Of a stretch of 20,000 bases of DNA, positions 1 to 6,178 are shown piece after piece. The stretch's first letter is position 1. Each line of letters opens with the position of its first letter. The DNA comes from an uncultured virus (IMG/VR IMGVR_UViG_2938983465_000007) (lineage: Duplodnaviria > Heunggongvirae > Uroviricota > Caudoviricetes): the IMG/VR virus record IMGVR_UViG_2938983465_000007. The stretch is one strand, 5' to 3'. Both the position numbers and the translations under genes were made by a program. The notes beneath the pieces are model-generated. The model saw only the letters and a list, made by a program, of their open reading frames with translations. It ran no database searches and was not told the origin of the DNA.

Positions 1-539
1 TCGTCGATCACCACATCGCCCTGCAGGCCGCGCAGGTTACTCGGCCGGCTGCTCAGGGCCTGGATCTTCCGCCCCGACTTCGGGAAGCGGATCATGTAGG
101 TCAGGATCTCTTCCTTCTTCCCTTCGTCCCAGAAGGTCTGCTCGTAGACGTCAGCCTCGGCCAGCTCGTTGAAGGCGCGGGCGAACAACGCGCAGGCGGC
201 GATGTACTCCAGCGCCATCTCCTGCTTGCTGCCGACGTAGAAGGTGTTGCAGCCACCTCGGCGCCGCGGCTTGGCGGCATTGATCACGTTGCGCCCGGCT
301 TCGGCCCAGGTCAGGCCGGTGCGGCGAGACTTCTCCGCGATCATGATCGGACTCTCGTCCTCGAACCAGCGCTGCTGGTAGCCCAGGAAGACGGCGTCGT
401 TGGATGGAATCGCCTCGGATATCTCCTGCGGCACATCGACGCCATGCAACGCCATCTCCTCGGCCAGGTCGATCTTGCGCGGCGCGCTGGTGGCCTTGAG
501 CTTGGAGCCCAGGCTATCGGACGTTGCGTGCATGGCCAT
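1..539 (-). CDS. Terminase large subunit (Mu gp28-like), 5' part; runs off window
   Basis: Manual translation from ATG 539: MAMHATSDSLG...YQQRWFEDESPIMIAEKSRRTGLTWAEA (Walker A-like) ...SNLRGLQGDVVID(E) (Walker B). Follows the small-subunit gene. Confidence 0.92.
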   Translation of the reverse strand, partial: MAMHATSDSLGSKLKATSAPRKIDLAEEMALHGVDVPQEISEAIPSNDAVFLGYQQRWFEDESPIMIAEKSRRTGLTWAEAGRNVINAAKPRRRGGCNTFYVGSKQEMALEYIAACALFARAFNELAEADVYEQTFWDEGKKEEILTYMIRFPKSGRKIQALSSRPSNLRGLQGDVVID

Positions 540-540
540 G

Positions 541-1116
541 TCAGGCTTTCCCCAGCAGGATGTCGCGGATACGTTGTTCGAGCTGCTCGCTCATGCCATC
601 GCTGCCACGCATCTCTTCCAGGCGCTGCTCCTGTTCCTGGAGCTGTTTCTCGCGGCCCCGCTGCTCAGCCTCTGCCTGGAACTTCTTCAGCGTGACGCTG
701 GAGCGCGTCAGCGTCGCGATGTTCTTGGCCGCAGACGCCAGCAGTCCGACACGATCGGCCGGGTCCATCTCTTCATCACCAGCCTCCTGCAGGGAGATGA
801 TCGACTCGAACAGCTCGGACTGGATCATCGCCGTCAGCGCTTCGCTGCGTGCGTCCAGGTCGTCGCCGGCCTGGGCACGGATCAGCTTGGCCGCCTCGGT
901 GCTGGCACGAATTGCCGCCAGCCGTCGCTCCAGCTTCTGGCCGTAGCGATGCACGGCCGCACGGCTGGGCAGCTCGCCGGCCTCGGCCTGGCTCGGGAAC
1001 TGCGCCTGCAGGTCCGCGATCAGCTCGTCCAGGGTCATCCGGCCATCGGCCAGGCGCCCCTCGATGTAGGCCCGGACTTGATCCGGTAGCCGGGAGATCG
1101 ATGATTTCCGCCCCAT
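541..1116 (-). CDS. Terminase small subunit (DUF3486 / Mu gp27-like), 191 aa
   Basis: MGRKSSISRLP...LPSRAAVHRYGQK signature; directly upstream of terL; start reassigned to ATG 1116. Confidence 0.85.
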   Translation of the reverse strand: MGRKSSISRLPDQVRAYIEGRLADGRMTLDELIADLQAQFPSQAEAGELPSRAAVHRYGQKLERRLAAIRASTEAAKLIRAQAGDDLDARSEALTAMIQSELFESIISLQEAGDEEMDPADRVGLLASAAKNIATLTRSSVTLKKFQAEAEQRGREKQLQEQEQRLEEMRGSDGMSEQLEQRIRDILLGKA

Positions 1117-1121
1117 GGTCG

Positions 1122-1430
1122 TCACCAGTACTTCTTGGGGCGGGCGATGCCGGGTTCGCAGTCGATGGTGTACTCGGCGACGTCGGTGCCGTACCGGGTC
1201 AAATCGGCGAACCACTTGCCAGACGGTTCCTTGACCAGGGTGACCAAGTCACGGTCGGCCAGGTAGTCCAGCTCGCGACGGATCTCCAGCGGTGTGGCGT
1301 CGGGGTACTCGCTCTGTGCGACCGAGAGGACCGGCCCCTCGTAGGCGCCCACCGGTCGAGCGTTGTTCAGGGTCAGCAGAATCAGCCAGCGCAGGGATTC
1401 CCGGCGAATCTTGGCCATATCAGTTTGCAT
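1122..1430 (-). CDS. Mu gp26-like winged-helix protein, 102 aa
   Basis: RRESLRWLILLTL...IRRELDYLADRDLV...LTRYGTDVAE...PGIARP pattern; position before the small terminase. Confidence 0.8.
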   Translation of the reverse strand: MQTDMAKIRRESLRWLILLTLNNARPVGAYEGPVLSVAQSEYPDATPLEIRRELDYLADRDLVTLVKEPSGKWFADLTRYGTDVAEYTIDCEPGIARPKKYW

Positions 1431-1809
1431 GGTTAGCTCCTACCAAGCCGCGCAGCTGCGCGTTTTCCAGTTTCGTGGCCAGGCTGTCGAGCTTCATCTC
1501 GATCACGCTCTGGCCACGGATGTAGTCGTCGCGAAGCACGTACTGGAACGGAAGCTCGGCCTTCAGGCTCATCAGCTCTCGCTCAACGCGCTGCCACTGG
1601 TTGGTTTCTTCCCGCGCGGCCTGCTCGATGGCGTCCAGCCGGTAGGAGAGTTGTTCATGGTTCGCCAGGCGTGCCTGGTCTTGGCTTGCGAACCTCGCAT
1701 CCAGGCTCTTCTGGATCTGGTTGAGCAGCAGCTTGCCGCCGCCCGCACAGGCCCCGAGGAAGGTCAGCAGCAGAGTGATCAACTGCCACAGTTCCAGCTC
1801 GACCTTCAT
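1420..1809 (-). CDS. Membrane-anchored coiled-coil protein, positional equivalent of Mu gp25, 129 aa
   Basis: N-terminal hydrophobic segment (LWQLITLLLTFLGACAGGG) then predicted coiled coil; lies between the spanins and the gp26-like gene. Confidence 0.7.
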   Translation of the reverse strand: MKVELELWQLITLLLTFLGACAGGGKLLLNQIQKSLDARFASQDQARLANHEQLSYRLDAIEQAAREETNQWQRVERELMSLKAELPFQYVLRDDYIRGQSVIEMKLDSLATKLENAQLRGLVGANHAN

Positions 1810-2114
1810 TCCCTATTCCCCTTGTTCCAGTAGTGCGTTGAGCTGAGCGAGATTGCGAAGAGACCAGGCCCCGTAGTCCTGGGCAAAGGCCAGAATGTCC
1901 GCCGGAGTGACACCGCTTTCCAGTAGCTCGGCGTCAGAACCGGCGGCGGGCCAGGTCGCTGCTTGAGTGCCGGCGGAAGCGGTGCGCGCTCCTGTGGCGG
2001 ACAAACTGGCGCCGAGGGCGGTGTTGAAGTCGCGCACCCAGCCGCGAGTGAAGACACAGCGAGGGATAGCAGTAGGCGCAGCACCAGGTGCCGCTCGGTA
2101 GGCGGTCGATACAT
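1806..2114 (-). CDS. o-spanin (Rz1-like lipoprotein) embedded out of frame in the i-spanin gene
   Basis: Signal peptide with lipobox-like LAAG-C, Pro-rich mature region, AGGAG about 10 nt upstream of the ATG; stop overlaps the next start (ATGA). Confidence 0.75.
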   Translation of the reverse strand: MYRPPTERHLVLRLLLSLAVSSLAAGCATSTPPSAPVCPPQERAPLPPALKQRPGPPPVLTPSYWKAVSLRRTFWPLPRTTGPGLFAISLSSTHYWNKGNRE

Positions 2115-2424
2115 GGGCGATTCGCTCCTGGAGTTGGTGTCGGGTGTCGGTCAGTTGCTGCTGTACCTGCAGCAGTTGCTCCTCGGCCAGGTTGGCGCGC
2201 GCGATCTGCTGCTTGTACTGGACCAGGCTGTCCTGAAGGACCTGGGCGCGCTCGTTGGCGTGCTGCATCTGCAGGTTGAGCAGAGCAGCGTCACCCTCCG
2301 CGCGGGCGGCGGCATACCCACGGTCGTAGCTGGCGGAGCCGTGGATCACCACAGCGGCGCCGCACAGCACTGCGCTCAGCACGAGCCAGAACGTACTGGT
2401 GCGTAGGAGGCTAAGGACGGCCAT
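1813..2424 (-). CDS. i-spanin (Rz-like), 203 aa
   Basis: N-terminal TM (FWLVLSAVLCGAAVVI), long Q/A/L-rich coiled coil, C-terminal CVFTRGWVRDFN; downstream of the endolysin. Confidence 0.8.
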   Translation of the reverse strand: MAVLSLLRTSTFWLVLSAVLCGAAVVIHGSASYDRGYAAARAEGDAALLNLQMQHANERAQVLQDSLVQYKQQIARANLAEEQLLQVQQQLTDTRHQLQERIAHVSTAYRAAPGAAPTAIPRCVFTRGWVRDFNTALGASLSATGARTASAGTQAATWPAAGSDAELLESGVTPADILAFAQDYGAWSLRNLAQLNALLEQGE

Positions 2425-2608
2425 GATTTCTCCGCTTGTACTTGCGAGCCTTACGTTTCGCCCGAGCCACCCCCGACTTTCCGTGTCTCTCCCGAGGGAG
2501 CGGCGAATAGTGGAACTCTGGCCGGGCCAGCCAGTTGCGGGATGTAGCGCCGAGGGTGATCGAACCCACCAGGCCAACGGCCAGGCAGCTCATGAGCAGG
2601 CGTTTCAT
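2411..2608 (-). CDS. Small lysis-cassette protein with hydrophobic N-terminus and very basic C-terminus, 65 aa
   Basis: ATG overlaps the endolysin stop; GAGG upstream; sequence MKRLLMSCLAVGLVGSITLG...ARAKRKARKYKRR. Confidence 0.6.
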   Translation of the reverse strand: MKRLLMSCLAVGLVGSITLGATSRNWLARPEFHYSPLPRERHGKSGVARAKRKARKYKRRNHGRP

Positions 2609-3234
2609 AGCTGATACCTCTGGCCGCACACACCGTCGCCCCACTGCAGATAGATCCGCTCGTAGCGCAGCAGGATGAGGCGCGGGTAGTTGCGGTTCTC
2701 GCGGAAGTTGGCGGCCGAGCGCCCGGCGTTGAAGCGCTCGACGGAGTCGAACCAGGCCAGCTGGTCGGCGCCGGATGCCGAGGCCAGCCTACGGTCGCGA
2801 TTTACCCACCCCTGGCCGCCGTTGTAAGCGGACAGTACGAATGCCCAGCGATCACACTCGCTGGAGGCCTGGTTTCGGTCGTAGAGCCAACGGTCGTAGG
2901 TGACCAGCGCGCGCAATGCCCAGCCTGGATTGAACGGCTGGTTGGTGCCAAGGGCGCCCGGATACAGGCCGGCGATCCATTCCGCAGTGCCGGGCATGAA
3001 CTGCGCCAGACCCTGGGCACCAACAGGCGAGCGGGCATCAGCACGCCAACGGCTTTCCTGGTGAACCTGTGCGGCAAAGGTGGCGATCGGCGCCGACAGG
3101 CCCCATTCGGCATGGGCGCTGCGCACCAGGGTGCGCCGGTATTGCTCGGCGGCAGTGGGGATGCGATCCGTCGCGAAGGCCGGCTGGCAGGCGGTCAGCA
3201 GACCCAGCAGGCCGAGGGTGAGCAGGCGCTTCAT
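2605..3234 (-). CDS. Endolysin, SLT-domain lytic transglycosylase with N-terminal export signal, 209 aa
   Basis: SLT motifs QVHQES (catalytic E), GAQGLAQFMPGTA and SAYNGG; leader MKRLLTLGLLGLLTACQPAFA. Confidence 0.92.
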   Translation of the reverse strand: MKRLLTLGLLGLLTACQPAFATDRIPTAAEQYRRTLVRSAHAEWGLSAPIATFAAQVHQESRWRADARSPVGAQGLAQFMPGTAEWIAGLYPGALGTNQPFNPGWALRALVTYDRWLYDRNQASSECDRWAFVLSAYNGGQGWVNRDRRLASASGADQLAWFDSVERFNAGRSAANFRENRNYPRLILLRYERIYLQWGDGVCGQRYQL

Positions 3235-3389
3235 CCGAAGAAGCCTCCCCACCACACCAGGGCCGTCATCGCGATCACGTCGAACACGCGCTGCTTGAAG
3301 CTGATCACGTTAGTGAGGCCATCGCACGCATAGGACGTAACCAGGACCACAGAGGCCAGGACGATCCAGATGATTTGCGGGACGCCCAT
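3231..3389 (-). CDS. Small 2-TM membrane protein (antiholin/holin-partner candidate), 52 aa
   Basis: MGVPQIIWIVLASVVLVTSY...VIAMTALVWWGGFFG; tightly packed between holin and endolysin (ATGA overlap). Confidence 0.65.
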   Translation of the reverse strand: MGVPQIIWIVLASVVLVTSYACDGLTNVISFKQRVFDVIAMTALVWWGGFFG

Positions 3390-3391
3390 GG

Positions 3392-3688
3392 TCAGAGCCC
3401 CAGCGTCAGGCCGAGGATGCAGGCCAGCACGATCAGCCCGCGGCGCAGCCAGGCACCCACGACCACCAGGTTGGCCGAGCATTCGTGCGGGCGGGCCACG
3501 TACGGAAACAGGCTGCGGTCGATCCAGTAGCCGGCCACTGCGCCCAGCGTCACCAGGACCAGCTTATAGGCGACGACCTGGAGCTGCTCCGGGCGAATGG
3601 CGGCGAGGATGATCAGCAGGACGAGGGTGACCAGCGTCCAGCTGGTCATACGCGGCGCGCGGCGGCGCCGGGGTTGCGGCGATGACAT
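3392..3688 (-). CDS. Putative holin (2/3-TM family), 98 aa
   Basis: Three hydrophobic segments; YKLVLVTLGAVAGYWIDRSLFPY and LRRGLIV motifs; first gene of the lysis cassette; GGGAG RBS. Confidence 0.8.
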   Translation of the reverse strand: MSSPQPRRRRAPRMTSWTLVTLVLLIILAAIRPEQLQVVAYKLVLVTLGAVAGYWIDRSLFPYVARPHECSANLVVVGAWLRRGLIVLACILGLTLGL

Positions 3689-3759
3689 GACGATGCTCCC
3701 GATGGGGTGGCCATCCCTGGCCAACTGATGGGCATCCTGCTCCTGCAGGACGCCCGGAC

Positions 3760-3831
3760 ATCATCGTCACGCGCGCGCGAAGGCTCTTTTTGGGTACCGA
3801 ACAATCAATCGATAGGGCGACGGATCAGCAT
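3760..3831. promoter_or_regulatory. Putative Mor/C-dependent late promoter region
   Basis: Imperfect dyad TTGGGTACCGAA (3790-3801), A-tract, CGCGCGCG spacer and a GACGAT/GATGAT -10-like element on the minus strand upstream of the holin; no good -35. Confidence 0.5.
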
Positions 3832-3861
3832 TGGATCTCCATCACCGAGGAGACCACTACC

Positions 3862-4761
3862 ATGTCCAGGCATGAAGACCTGCTGTTGCAACTCATCCAG
3901 CGTGACCCCGACAAGATCAGGAGCATCCTGGGGCTGCCCGCTCCAAAGCCAGACCTGTCCTGGTACGAAGGAGCAGAAGTCTGGATCGAAGCGGGACACC
4001 GTAGCGACAGGGGCGCGGAACTACGCATAGCCTTCGGGGGGCCACTCCCGCATGGCTATGCTGATTTCTGGATACCGTTCAGCGGACCGGATGGCAACGC
4101 GCTGGGCTGGCTGCGCTTCAGCTACATCACCACGGTACGGGAGAAGTCTCTGTTCACCGCCTCTGAATGGCGCTCCGCAGGCGAACCTGCCCCGGCCGAA
4201 GAGAGCCGGCTGGATCTGCCGATGGACCCGCTGCCGGGAGGTTTCGCACCCGTGTCCAACAAGGGCGCGAGTGACGGTGCCGATCAGCACTCTGTAGCGC
4301 ACAGAGCGAGCAAAGGGATCGATGAGCACCTCTTGGTGGCAATGGCAGATCCCAACGTGATAGCAGCAATCATGCAAGCAGCACGGGCCAAGCGGTTTGC
4401 AAAGCTCGCCCCCTTAACCACTCAGGAGTGGGCGACTGAAACAGAGCGAATGAAGGCTCAGCTTTCGCCTCCTGCGCAGGCGCTGGAGCCCGAAGAGCCG
4501 GCCAAACCGGGGCCCCTGCAACACATCGGGTTTTCAGGGCCTCAGCGTGTCCTGCTGGACCAGTTGGCGCAGTACTGGCTCAGGATCGCCGCAGTGTCGA
4601 AGCGCGAGGCTGAGGCGAACCCCAACCCGGACCGGAAGCGCGGGCTGGAGATGAGGTACATGGCGCACTACAACTGCGCGGCAGAATTACAGAATCTGCT
4701 CCAGACCGGGGAGCTTCCGGGCCATCTCGGTTTTCAGGTACTCGCGCAAAAGCCCGAATGA
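3862..4761 (+). CDS. Hypothetical accessory protein, 299 aa, divergent from the lysis operon
   Basis: GAGGAG RBS at 3847-3852 before ATG 3862; long ORF with protein-like composition; no family recognised. Confidence 0.75.
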   Translation: MSRHEDLLLQLIQRDPDKIRSILGLPAPKPDLSWYEGAEVWIEAGHRSDRGAELRIAFGGPLPHGYADFWIPFSGPDGNALGWLRFSYITTVREKSLFTASEWRSAGEPAPAEESRLDLPMDPLPGGFAPVSNKGASDGADQHSVAHRASKGIDEHLLVAMADPNVIAAIMQAARAKRFAKLAPLTTQEWATETERMKAQLSPPAQALEPEEPAKPGPLQHIGFSGPQRVLLDQLAQYWLRIAAVSKREAEANPNPDRKRGLEMRYMAHYNCAAELQNLLQTGELPGHLGFQVLAQKPE

Positions 4762-4820
4762 CCAAGAGGCCGAGGGCTTCAGAATGACGTCCTTGGCCTT
4801 CTTCCACAGCGTGTCCTCAC
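4687..4820 (-). pseudogene. 3' relic of a DUF2513-like gene
   Basis: EDTLWKKAKDVILKPSASWSFGLLREYLKTEM resembles the DUF2513 C-terminus (recalled consensus DTVWxKAKxxhLKPxASWTFxLLxEYLK). The N-terminal MKRDxDL part is absent. Confidence 0.55.
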
Positions 4821-5020
4821 TTACCCAGCATACCCAAGAGCTGACGGTAGACTCCCTCGATAAGGTCGGGCAAGGGTGGAGTGCTCTCTCTTTCCTCGAT
4901 GCCGAACCAGTACTGCTCTCGGGAGTCCAGCATCTGGTTTTGGCTAGTGACATAAGTCGTCACCAACTGCACAGCCAACTTCATGACTTCTCGCCTGGTT
5001 TCTTCACTGAAATCATTCAT
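4817..5020 (-). CDS. Small protein downstream of the repressor, 67 aa; resembles the MucR/Ros N-terminal domain
   Basis: GGAG RBS; starts 20 nt after the repressor stop; MNDFSEETRREVMKLAVQLVTTYVTSQ...LPDLIEGVYRQLLGMLGK. Confidence 0.7.
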   Translation of the reverse strand: MNDFSEETRREVMKLAVQLVTTYVTSQNQMLDSREQYWFGIEERESTPPLPDLIEGVYRQLLGMLGK

Positions 5021-5039
5021 CACAGCATCTCCGTAATCA

Positions 5040-5480
5040 TCATTCGCCGCCTTGGCGTTTCTCTTTCGCACGGTCCTTGTGCGCCAGAGCACTCGCTGTG
5101 CTCTCCATGGCTCTCCGTCCTTCTTCATCTGATCCCCGATAGTTCTCGATCAGGGCCTTTTCTCGCTGATTGAGCCTGTACTCGCCAAGCGGTTCAGCGA
5201 CGACTGAGTGTGTGACTGGATTGGTTTTTTCGGTCATATGTTGCGATGGCGCAACATATGCCTGATCAGTAGCGAGCGGCGCTCGCTGACCTGTCAATAC
5301 ATAAAGAACATCAACTCCGGCCGCCGCAATGGCGGCCAGGTATGCGGCATCTGGATGCCGCTCATCCTTCTCGTAGTTGATCTGCGCGCGCTTTTGCACC
5401 CCACCGACCTCAGCAAAAGAGGACTGGTTCATTCCTTTCCTCTCGCGCTCTTCCCTTAATCGTTCGCCGATGGTGCTCAA
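5040..5480 (-). CDS. Prophage repressor, XRE-family HTH without a peptidase domain, about 146 aa
   Basis: IGERLREERERKGMNQSSFAEVGGVQKRAQINYEKDERHPDAAYLAAI...DVLYVLTG; divergent from the gp16-like gene; probable TTG start at 5480. Confidence 0.88.
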   Translation of the reverse strand: MSTIGERLREERERKGMNQSSFAEVGGVQKRAQINYEKDERHPDAAYLAAIAAAGVDVLYVLTGQRAPLATDQAYVAPSQHMTEKTNPVTHSVVAEPLGEYRLNQREKALIENYRGSDEEGRRAMESTASALAHKDRAKEKRQGGE

Positions 5481-5519
5481 ATGATCACCTTTCGCTTGCA
5501 ATGTGCACGAATGAACACC
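5472..5519. promoter_or_regulatory. Two 18-bp operator-like imperfect palindromes
   Basis: GGTGCTCAAATGATCACC (5472-5489) and TGTGCACGAATGAACACC (5502-5519); 14/18 identical, 30 bp apart. Confidence 0.7.
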
Positions 5520-5524
5520 ATAAT
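5496..5524 (+). promoter_or_regulatory. Sigma70 early promoter
   Basis: TTGCAA-N17-CATAAT upstream of the first early gene. Confidence 0.75.
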
Positions 5525-5576
5525 CAATCCAACAAAACACAAACATCATTCAGCAACCAGTCAAGGAGCCACCGCC

Positions 5577-5786
5577 ATGGCTACCCAGAAGGCACTGACC
5601 CCTGACCAGGTCAAACAGCGTTTCCGCCAACGCGGAATCACCATTACCCAGTGGGCCGCAGAGCATGGTTACAAGCGCAACGCTGTGTACCGCGTACTCA
5701 ACGGCTTCGACAAAGCCAACTACGGCCAGGCCCACGACATCGCCGTAGCCCTCGGCCTCAAGGCCTGCGACCCCGTCGCCGCCTAA
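5577..5786 (+). CDS. Ner/Cro-equivalent DNA-binding protein (BcepMu gp16 family), 69 aa
   Basis: LTPDQVKQRFRQRGITITQWAAEHGY...VYRVLNG...GQAHDIAVALGLK; AAGGAG RBS. Confidence 0.88.
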   Translation: MATQKALTPDQVKQRFRQRGITITQWAAEHGYKRNAVYRVLNGFDKANYGQAHDIAVALGLKACDPVAA

Positions 5787-5831
5787 TTCTTTCGCCTCCA
5801 ACAACAGCAGCGAGGGACACCGCCATGTCCA

Positions 5832-6152
5832 TCAATCGTTTTCAGGCTTCTGGCCAGCGCCTGGCTGCTTGGGCTCGCCAGCAAGGCTTGGTGCCGGCAT
5901 CAGTTGAAACCCTGAACGCCGCAGCAGCACCTCGGGTTCATCAACCAGCATCCCAAGCATTCGCTGAAACAGCACGTCCTGAAGCGAGTCCGGCTCTATC
6001 TGCTGGTTGTGCCAGTCCGCAAGTAGACGGGCGTACTCCGCTGTGTCCAGCTGCCCCGTCTTGCCCAGTGCCAGCACTAACGCCTGAAGCAGTTGCATCA
6101 CTCCCTCGATGCCTTCCAGAGCCCAGTCCCGGCCCGTTTCCTGTTCTTCCAT
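5832..6152 (-). CDS. Hypothetical helical protein antisense to the early operon, 106 aa
   Basis: AGGAGG RBS about 4-5 nt before the ATG; amphipathic-helix composition, whereas the overlapping plus frame is low-complexity P/A/S-rich. Confidence 0.7.
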   Translation of the reverse strand: MEEQETGRDWALEGIEGVMQLLQALVLALGKTGQLDTAEYARLLADWHNQQIEPDSLQDVLFQRMLGMLVDEPEVLLRRSGFQLMPAPSLAGEPKQPGAGQKPEND

Positions 6153-6178
6153 CCGTCCTCCTAACGAGGGTCACCGCC

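Noticed and set aside
400..3700. Many long plus-strand ORFs (400-1089, 849-1436, 1363-1833, 1963-2406 and others)
   Set aside because: Antisense shadows of well-supported minus-strand genes in GC-rich DNA; no RBS or motifs.
5651..5824. 5' extension giving the 402-aa version of ORF 5651-6859
   Set aside because: Overlaps the gp16-like gene out of frame; RBS-backed starts are at 5825 and 6179.
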